The position numbers were made by a program, and so were the translations under genes. Below the pieces are notes generated by a model. The model made no database searches, was not told where the DNA came from, and saw only the letters and a program-made list of their open reading frames with translations. Shown one piece after another: positions 57,556-64,000 of a DNA stretch of 64,000 nucleotides. Numbering within the stretch: the stretch's first letter is position 1; every line of letters begins with the position of its first letter. Source of the stretch: an uncultured Collinsella sp. Its GTDB lineage: Bacteria; Actinomycetota; Coriobacteriia; Coriobacteriales; Coriobacteriaceae. The DNA is taken from the NCBI GenBank assembly GCA_900541725.1, contig UQLB01000005.1, positions 37,717 through 101,716 on the forward strand, read 5' to 3'.

Positions 57556-58422
57556 TTACTGCTGCAACGACCTTAACAGTTTGATTTCAGCCGCATAACC
57601 TGCAAGTTCGTTCGGTGTCTCCAAAATGAATGGCAATGCGCGCAAGCGGCTATTCGATACAATATTCTGCATAACCTGCATACCGCCGCCAAACTCTTCA
57701 CTACCCAGATAGCCCTTACCGATGCATTCGTGGCGGTCCTTATGGGCGCCGCAGGGGTTCTTCGAATCGTTGATGTGTACGGCATGCAAGCGGTCGATAC
57801 CCACCACGCGGTCGAACTCGTCGAGTACGCCGTCCAGATCATGGATGATGTCGTAGCCGGCATCGCTCACATGGCAGGTATCCAGACACACGCCCAGCTT
57901 GGCCGACAGCTCTGGACGTCTGGCAGCAACACCCCCGATAATGCGCGCCAGCTCTTCAAAGCTACGGCCCACCTCGGTACCCTTTCCTGCCATGGTCTCG
58001 AGCAGCACCGTCGTCTGCTGCCCCTCAAACATCACCTGGCACAAGGTGTCGACGATCATCTGAATGCCGGCATCAGTCCCCTGCCCCACATGCGCGCCGG
58101 GGTGGAAGTTGTAATAGTTGCCGGGCAGTGCTTCCAGACGCTGCAAGTCCTCGGCCATTGCCTCCAGGGCAAACTCGCGCGCCCGCTCTTTGGCAGAACA
58201 GGGGTTGTAGGTATAGGGGGCATGCGCCACGAGCGGGCCAAAATCGTTTTGCTCCATAAGCTCGCGCAGGGCCGCCACGTCATCCATGTCAAGATCTTTC
58301 GCCTTGCCGCCGCGCGGGTTGCGCGTAAAGAATGCAAAGGTATTGGCGCCAATGGATAGCGCCGTCTCCCCCATCGCCCGATAGCCCTTCGTCGTCGAAA
58401 GATGGCACCCAATCGTCAGCAT
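57556..58422 (-). CDS. nfo: Deoxyribonuclease IV (endonuclease IV, AP endonuclease family 2)
   Basis: 288 aa. [10 protein letters not shown]-terminus and HAPY, NFHPG, ETMAGKG, HINDSK zinc-binding motifs. Confidence 0.9.
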   Translation of the reverse strand: MLTIGCHLSTTKGYRAMGETALSIGANTFAFFTRNPRGGKAKDLDMDDVAALRELMEQNDFGPLVAHAPYTYNPCSAKERAREFALEAMAEDLQRLEALPGNYYNFHPGAHVGQGTDAGIQMIVDTLCQVMFEGQQTTVLLETMAGKGTEVGRSFEELARIIGGVAARRPELSAKLGVCLDTCHVSDAGYDIIHDLDGVLDEFDRVVGIDRLHAVHINDSKNPCGAHKDRHECIGKGYLGSEEFGGGMQVMQNIVSNSRLRALPFILETPNELAGYAAEIKLLRSLQQ

Positions 58423-58430
58423 CTCCAGCT

Positions 58431-58515
58431 CCCCCTCATCAGTTGCGGTGAAATAGTTCCTGTTTGGCCCCTATTCTGCCGCAAACAGGAACTATTCCAC
58501 CGCAACTTATAAAAG
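58431..58515. repeat. About 85-bp palindromic repeat element, copy 1 (hairpin with ~27-bp arms: GTTGCGGTGAAATAGTTCCTGTTTGGC / GCCGCAAACAGGAACTATTCCACCGCAAC)
   Basis: Near-identical to 59621-59704. Internal near-perfect inverted repeat, followed by TTATAAAAGGG. Confidence 0.7.
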
Positions 58516-58594
58516 GGGCATCAGAGATGCGGGCCGCCAAGCACTACGGCTACGGGTGCCAGCGTCATAATCCCCTATGCGTCAGCGCCAAGTC

Positions 58595-59614
58595 CTAGAG
58601 GGCTAGACGGATTGCATCGATAATGCGCGCGCAGCGCTGTGTGGCGGCAAGGGGCATGACGGGACTCTCGAGTTTCCCCGCCCGGATGAGCTGGGTCGCA
58701 TGCTGGATTTCGCCGTAGAAATCATCAACCTCAAACGGGGCATTTATTTCGAGCATTCGCCCGTCGGAATACTTCACATGGGCGAGCTCGGGGCGATGGA
58801 GACGGTCGATTTCCAACGAGCCCCGCTCGCAGGCAATCGTTAAGCGGCTTTCATATGCTGCTTTGCCGTCGCACACCATATGAATGGGTATACCGCCGAC
58901 ACTCATATGGATCTCGTCGGCCCAATCGACGCGACCGCCCGATACGTCACGCCAGCGAACTTCACGGGACGAAACCTCGCACGCGCCCGCGAGCAAATCC
59001 TCAAACCAACCGACCGCATAGCAGCCCATGTCATATAGACAGCCGCCCTGCAACGGATCAAGCAGATAGCCCGAAGGAGACTCGCCGTAATCGAGCTTTT
59101 GCACGCTTTCAATCGAGACAATACGGCCAAGCTCACCCGACGCAAGCAAGTCCTTCACGCGAGTGCGCATCGGGCAAAACCGATTCTTCATCGCCTCCAT
59201 AAACAGCACGCCGCGCTCGCGAGAGATGGAGGCAATCGAGAGAGCCTCTTCCTCACTCAAAACGGCCGGCTTTTCGCACAGCACGGCCTTTCCGGCGCGC
59301 AGCGCGCGACAGGCCCAACGCGTATGCATGCCATGCGGAAGAGCCAAGTAGATTGCGTCGACATCGGGGTCGGCAATCAGCGCGCCATAAGCCGCGTCGC
59401 CGTTATTGTCGACCGAGGCATGGCCATGCGCAGCATCGATCGAAAACGCTCGGCAAAATTCCTCGACATGTGCAGGAGTGCGGCCGGCCGCAGCCACAAG
59501 CCGTGCCCCGTCCACCTCCTTGAGCGACGATGCAAATCGATGCGAAATGTGCCCGGCGCCCAAAACGCCCCAACGAACCTCACGCAAATCATCACATGAA
59601 TCTCGATGACCCAC
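58595..59614 (-). CDS. Gfo/Idh/MocA family NAD(P)-dependent oxidoreductase
   Basis: GTG start at 59614 after GAAGGGGG SD. VRWGVLGAGHISHRF Rossmann N-terminus and EKP motif. Confidence 0.8.
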   Translation of the reverse strand: MGHRDSCDDLREVRWGVLGAGHISHRFASSLKEVDGARLVAAAGRTPAHVEEFCRAFSIDAAHGHASVDNNGDAAYGALIADPDVDAIYLALPHGMHTRWACRALRAGKAVLCEKPAVLSEEEALSIASISRERGVLFMEAMKNRFCPMRTRVKDLLASGELGRIVSIESVQKLDYGESPSGYLLDPLQGGCLYDMGCYAVGWFEDLLAGACEVSSREVRWRDVSGGRVDWADEIHMSVGGIPIHMVCDGKAAYESRLTIACERGSLEIDRLHRPELAHVKYSDGRMLEINAPFEVDDFYGEIQHATQLIRAGKLESPVMPLAATQRCARIIDAIRLAL

Positions 59615-59620
59615 GACAGC

Positions 59621-59704
59621 CCCCTTCAGTTGCGGTGAAATAGTTCCTGTTTGGCCCCTATTCTGCCGCAAACAGGAACTATTCCACCGCAAGTTATAAA
59701 AGGG
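59621..59704. repeat. About 85-bp palindromic repeat element, copy 2
   Basis: Differs from copy 1 at only a few positions (e.g. CAAC/CAAG before TTATAAAAGGG). Lies between the AKR and oxidoreductase genes. Confidence 0.7.
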
Positions 59705-60895
59705 TCATGAGGAGCGCGTTTTGCCGAAGGCCTTAAGCACTGCCGTCACGGGGCCAGGCTGGAAACGTCGGCGCACATCGTCGAGACGCTCGGGAATATC
59801 GATGTGCTGCGGACAGTGCCGCGCGCATTTACCGCACTTGACGCAATTGCTCACGAGCTTGGGCTCGCTCGTGCGCACCGCACTCGCCGTAAAGTATTGC
59901 GACAGCCCCGTAAACCAGCTGTGCGCATAGCTCGCGTTGTAGGCGGCAAAACATCCAGGGATATTGATGCCTTTAGGGCACGGCATGCAATAGCCGCATC
60001 CCGTGCAGGGCACGCGATTCGATTTTTCAAACTCATCCAGCACGTGCGCGATCGTGTCGAGCTGGTTGGCAGTCATCGAATCCGGCAGGGCCCGATCGGC
60101 CAACACCGCGTTCTCATCCACCTGCGCGATATCGGTCATACCCGAAAGCAGCATCGTCACCTGAGGATGATTCCAGACCCACGAAAGACCCCAGGCGGCA
60201 GGAGTGCGCAAATGCGGGTCACGGGCACTATCGAGCACAGCGCGGGCCCGTGGCGGCAGCTTGCCCGCTAAACGCCCGCCCAGCAGTGGCTCCATCACAA
60301 ACACCGCGAGGCCTCGCTCGGCGGCGGCCATGAGCCCCGCTGTTCCCGCCTGATATCGCTCTCCAGCGTAATTGTACTGGATCTGGCAAAAGTCCCACTC
60401 ATATGCATCGAGCATCGTCAGGAAATCCGCCGCGCTGCCGTGGTACGAAAAACCAATCTGGCGAATGCGCCCCGCCGCCTTTTGACGCGCGATCCAGTCC
60501 TCGATGCCCAACGCCACCACACGTTCCCACTGGGCGGGCGAGGTAATGTTGTGCATGAGGTAATAGTCGATATGGTCGGTCCGCAGGCGGCGCAGTTGCT
60601 CGTCGAAGAACCGGTCGAAATCCTCCGCGCATTTGCACGAAGCATGCGGCAGCTTGGTTGCGAGCAAAACCTGGTCGCGCAAGCCCAGGCGCTCAAGCGA
60701 CGCACCCACACAGGCCTCGTTGCCGGGATAGAGATAGGCCGTGTCCAGGTAGTTAATCCCCTGCTCCACCGCACGGGAGATGATGGCGTCGGCTGTCTTC
60801 GCATCCGGGCGTCCCGGCGCACCGGGAAACCTCATGCAGCCCAGCCCCAACGCCGAGATACGGTTGCCGCTTTTGGGGTCAACGCGATATTGCAC
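59705..60895 (-). CDS. Aldo/keto reductase fused to a C-terminal 4Fe-4S ferredoxin-like domain
   Basis: 396 aa. AKR TIM-barrel motifs (LGLGCMRF, DTAYLY), then CTGCGYCMPCP and CVKCGKCARHCP cysteine clusters. Confidence 0.85.
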   Translation of the reverse strand: MQYRVDPKSGNRISALGLGCMRFPGAPGRPDAKTADAIISRAVEQGINYLDTAYLYPGNEACVGASLERLGLRDQVLLATKLPHASCKCAEDFDRFFDEQLRRLRTDHIDYYLMHNITSPAQWERVVALGIEDWIARQKAAGRIRQIGFSYHGSAADFLTMLDAYEWDFCQIQYNYAGERYQAGTAGLMAAAERGLAVFVMEPLLGGRLAGKLPPRARAVLDSARDPHLRTPAAWGLSWVWNHPQVTMLLSGMTDIAQVDENAVLADRALPDSMTANQLDTIAHVLDEFEKSNRVPCTGCGYCMPCPKGINIPGCFAAYNASYAHSWFTGLSQYFTASAVRTSEPKLVSNCVKCGKCARHCPQHIDIPERLDDVRRRFQPGPVTAVLKAFGKTRSS

Positions 60896-61057
60896 GGCCC
60901 CTCCCCTCTCATCGAAGCCCTGACAAGGCGAAACAAACCCGTCACGTCATCGAAACACATCGGAATCGCAATTGAGAACGTATCGTAACGCAGCAGAAAT
61001 CAGGCCGTCACGGCACCGCTTTAACATCAGCAAAAAGCCCGATGAAAGGAGACGAGC

Positions 61058-61252
61058 GTGGCCACACGCGAGGACGCCTACCCCTACCCCGGCGAACAAT
61101 ACATCCTCTCGGTCGACCGCTATCAGATCGAGGTCATGGACCATCTAGACGAGCTTCCCGCCACGGGCGCCGTCATCTTCTGCACCTTCCCTAAGGTCCG
61201 TGATGGTGTCGGATACCCCGCGCGCGTTTTTGCGGTCTGCCCCGCGGCATAA
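61058..61252 (+). CDS. Small hypothetical protein (64 aa)
   Basis: GTG start after AAAGGAG SD. No recognisable domain. Could be spurious. Confidence 0.3.
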   Translation: MATREDAYPYPGEQYILSVDRYQIEVMDHLDELPATGAVIFCTFPKVRDGVGYPARVFAVCPAA

Positions 61253-61375
61253 GCGCACTGCGCAATAGTTTCTTTTTCACAACAGCAGCCCCGCGCGCCC
61301 ACCAAACGCCCCGACGACATACAATCCATCAGGCGCCCCATATGCGGGCGCCTTTTATATGGGGAGATGATTCAT

Positions 61376-62290
61376 ATGCAGATCAACAAGGTCGCCTTTA
61401 TCGGCAAGGGCGGCGTCGGCCTGCTCTACGGCAGCATGATTGCCAAGGCCCTCGGCAACGACGCCGTCGAATACGTCATGGACGACGCTCGCTTTGAGCG
61501 CCATGCGAACGACGCGCTCACCGTCAACGGCAAGCCCTGCGATCTCACGTCCGTCCGCGCCAGCGAGGCGACACCCGCCGATCTGGTCATCCTGACGGTC
61601 AAGACCACCGGTCTCGACCAAGCACTCAAGACTATGGAGCGTGTCGTGGGACCCAACACGCTCATCGCCTCGCTGTGCAACGGCATTACGAGCGAGCAAA
61701 AGATTGCCGAACGCTTTGGCTGGGAGCATACCGTTCTTGGTATCTGCCAGGGCATGGACGCCGTGTTCCTCAACGGCGCGCTCACCTTTACCAATGCGGG
61801 CGAGATTCGCTTTGGCGCGGCAGCGGGCACCGACCCCGCGACTGTCGCCGCTATCGACGAGCTCTATACGCGCTGCGGCATCGCCCATACCGTCGAGGAC
61901 GACATCGCCCACCGCATGTGGGCCAAACTCATGCTCAACGACGGCATCAACCAGACCTGCATGGCCTACGGCGGGACCTACGGAAGCGCCACGGAGCCGG
62001 GCTCCGAGCAGCGTCGCTGCTTTGTTTCCGCCATGCGCGAAACGCTTGCGGTCGCCAACGCCGAGGGCGTTGAACTGACCGAGGCAGACCTGACGCAAAT
62101 GGTGCACCTCATCGAGGGAATCGACCCCGCCGGTATGCCCTCGATGGCTCAAGACCGCATCGCAAGGCGCAAAACCGAGGTTGATGAGTTCGCGGGCACC
62201 ATCTGCCGCCTCGCAGCCAAACACGATATCCAGGCACCGCAAAACGAGTGGCTCTATCGGCGCATCCGCGATATCGAGAAAAGCTGGTAG
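61376..62290 (+). CDS. 2-dehydropantoate 2-reductase (ketopantoate reductase, ApbA/PanE family)
   Basis: Start at the second ATG (MQINKVAFIGKGGVG Rossmann). Conserved Lys/Asn/Glu region in the C-terminal domain. Confidence 0.75.
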   Translation: MQINKVAFIGKGGVGLLYGSMIAKALGNDAVEYVMDDARFERHANDALTVNGKPCDLTSVRASEATPADLVILTVKTTGLDQALKTMERVVGPNTLIASLCNGITSEQKIAERFGWEHTVLGICQGMDAVFLNGALTFTNAGEIRFGAAAGTDPATVAAIDELYTRCGIAHTVEDDIAHRMWAKLMLNDGINQTCMAYGGTYGSATEPGSEQRRCFVSAMRETLAVANAEGVELTEADLTQMVHLIEGIDPAGMPSMAQDRIARRKTEVDEFAGTICRLAAKHDIQAPQNEWLYRRIRDIEKSW

Positions 62291-62792
62291 CGCCGACGCG
62301 CCGCATTCAACAGCCTTAACAGCAAAACCGCCGCAAGGGAACCTTTCCCCTGCGGCGGCCTTCATCTTCGTCTATGACCGGCGGCCGATCTCACAACAGT
62401 TAGCGTTGCGACCCCGGCACCTCGTCCTCATCGTCGCGGCAAAGAACCACGCCTGCGCTTCCCAGCAGCGTGGCCGCGATCAGCGCGCCGACCACGATAG
62501 GAGCAGCCCCGCATGTCCCCTGCATGCCCGCGACGAGCGCGGCCGTGGGACCAAGGCAGCCAAGCATCAACGCGACGGCGGCAACGGCAATATCTCGAGC
62601 ATTCACAAGACCACTTCCTCCAAGAGAAAGACCTTATTTCTCAAGAACCAGTGTGCCCCGCATCCATACGCCCAGCGTACCGCCACGGTAAGGGCTCTGT
62701 TAACTCAAACGCATACATAGAACGGACGTCCTTACGTTGCCCTAAAGCTCGGTAAAGACGCCCGTCCGCCAAATATCCGTGATGCAGAAAAA

Positions 62793-63566
62793 TTACCAAC
62801 CGGTGTAGTAATCGGTGGTTCCGGCAGCGCAGCCGGAGTCATAGACCTTGCAATCACCCTTGGAGCCCGTAAAGGTCGAGCCCTGGGCCATATCGCCCGC
62901 GGCAACAACGTAATAGCCGTCGGAATCGCGCCAGAAGCCCTCAGAATCCTGAGTCCATTCGCCCGTGCGATAGTGATAAAGCACATTGCTGCTGTAATAG
63001 GTCTCGCGGCGCCCGTTGTAGTTATTGACACCCGCAGAGCGCGTCAGGCCCGATCCGTTCGCGTAGGACGCGGCAGACGCGTAAGACGGAGTGTAACCGG
63101 CGTTGTAGTACGAAGCCTGGGCGGCCTCGGCAGCCTCCGCCTCGGCGGCAGCCTCGAGCGCTTCGCGCTTGGCATCCTCAAGCGCAGCGCGCAGCTCATC
63201 GAGCTCGGTCGACTTGGCGTCGACCTCCCCCATCGTCAACAGGCTACCCGCACCGTCGATGCAACCCTGCAGCACAGCACGCTCGTCATCGGTAGCATAG
63301 TCGCCATACATATTCATAATGATCTGAGCGCGCATCTCAAGGGAATCGCGCTTGGCCTCCATCGAGGCGTTCCACTCCTGCATGGAACCATAACCATCGC
63401 CGCGATAGTCAACGGGCTGCACCAGCGTCGCCTCGGACGGCGTAGGTCCAACCGTATCGGATAGTGTTGCCGCGTGGGCATCGGTTGCACCGGCGCCCGC
63501 CAAAAGTGCCACGGTCAGAGCGGCGGAAAGGGCGGCGGCTTTCGGTTTTCGTGAATCGATCCTCAT
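62793..63566 (-). CDS. Secreted hypothetical protein with an Ala/Glu coiled-coil segment and a Tyr/Gly/Ser-rich C-terminal domain
   Basis: ORF 62793..63872. Start placed at the ATG at 63566 (MRIDSRKPKAAALSAALTVALLAGAGATDAHA signal peptide) after GGAGG SD. Confidence 0.55.
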   Translation of the reverse strand: MRIDSRKPKAAALSAALTVALLAGAGATDAHAATLSDTVGPTPSEATLVQPVDYRGDGYGSMQEWNASMEAKRDSLEMRAQIIMNMYGDYATDDERAVLQGCIDGAGSLLTMGEVDAKSTELDELRAALEDAKREALEAAAEAEAAEAAQASYYNAGYTPSYASAASYANGSGLTRSAGVNNYNGRRETYYSSNVLYHYRTGEWTQDSEGFWRDSDGYYVVAAGDMAQGSTFTGSKGDCKVYDSGCAAGTTDYYTGW

Positions 63567-63888
63567 GTAGCTAGAAACCTCCGTAGTGCGTTTTTGCTGC
63601 GTTTGAGCTGCGTGTGATTCGATCGCGCTGCATAGTACCCCGAGCAAATCGCGACCTGCGGTTTTACTCAAAAGGCGCACGTCAATTGCGTAAAACTCAC
63701 ATCCTCTTAACAGGAGTTTTCCACATCTCGATTGCATAAAGCATGCCAAAAACCCTGTTTTTGCACCCGCTCTATGCAAAAAAGGCGCCTGTGCAACCAT
63801 TGTTCGCACAGGCGCCTTGAGCAGGCATTTTATGCAGTTATACCTATCGAGTCGCAAGGGGTCCTTGCACAAGTCGCCTTACTCGTCC

Positions 63889-64000
63889 AGCGCGGCGAAG
63901 GCCTGCTTCAGATCCCAAATGATATCCTCGGCGTTCTCGGTACCGATGGAAAGACGGATCGTGGAGGGCGTGATGTTCTGCTCGGCGAGCTCCTCGGCAG
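63889..64000 (-). CDS. Partial (C-terminal end only): Cys/Met-metabolism PLP-dependent enzyme (O-acetylhomoserine sulfhydrylase / cystathionine synthase family)
   Basis: The reverse-strand translation ends ...EELAEQNITPSTIRLSIGTENAEDIIWDLKQAFAALDE-stop, the characteristic C-terminus of this family. The gene continues beyond the window. Confidence 0.5.

Noticed and set aside
61355-62365. 336-aa minus-strand ORF opposite the panE-like gene
   Set aside because: The plus strand has a Rossmann N-terminus and ApbA family features. The minus ORF lacks motifs.
62400-62606. 68-aa minus-strand ORF (hydrophobic, Ala/Gly/Val-rich)
   Set aside because: No SD, and composition typical of a high-GC shadow frame. 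It sits in the terminator region after the panE-like gene. Possibly a small membrane protein, but unsupported.
1-64000. CRISPR arrays, rRNA/tRNA genes, integrases/transposases/IS elements
   Set aside because: No short regularly spaced direct repeats, no rRNA-like or cloverleaf-like stretches, and no recombinase-like ORFs were recognised. The only mobile-element hints are compositional (low-GC islands) and the T4CP-like ATPase.

Overview
This is a high-GC (about 60-65%) Actinobacteria-like chromosomal segment, Coriobacteriia-like in gene content, and most of it is housekeeping. The main content, in order:
- A lysine/diaminopimelate (DAP) biosynthesis cluster: a lysine-riboswitch-like leader, an apparent LysA-DapA fusion ORF, dapB, a dapH-like acetyltransferase and a divergent M20 deacylase, which points to the acetylated DAP route.
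- Housekeeping genes: ldh, nadE, ettA, pgi, nfo, panE-like, tcdA and tatD.
- An 11-gene fructosamine-like catabolic operon (FrlR/FrlB/FrlD x2/FrlC-like plus two amidohydrolases, YjbQ, SgcQ, a YfcC transporter and a frameshifted FGGY kinase).
- A polar amino-acid ABC transporter.
- An SOS cassette: LexA boxes upstream of a Y-family polymerase and a YolD-like gene.
- A 1515-aa surface protein.

Three stretches have anomalous composition or content:
- A strongly low-GC (about 40%) island at 12.45-16.93 kb. It is one minus-strand operon encoding a hypothetical protein, a DUF2087-like protein, an MFS transporter, a 773-aa B12-binding radical SAM enzyme and an unannotated 36-aa acidic peptide (strong SD, own terminator). 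It is a candidate horizontally acquired peptide-modification (RiPP-like) cassette.
- A 3.5-kb insertion between HAD phosphatases and pgi at 39.3-42.7 kb. It encodes a catalytically intact ClpP-like serine protease translationally coupled to a soluble VirD4/TraG-like ATPase with no N-terminal TM anchor, plus two unknown proteins. It may be a mobile-element remnant or an undescribed protease/ATPase system.
- A lower-GC secreted pair at 19.4-21.0 kb: a Tat-exported putative papain-like peptidase and a lipoprotein.

Other observations: two ~85-bp near-identical palindromic repeats flank a Gfo/Idh/MocA oxidoreductase gene, and a repeated 18-25 nt motif sits around pgi and the SOS promoter. No rRNA, tRNA, CRISPR array, integrase or transposase was recognised.
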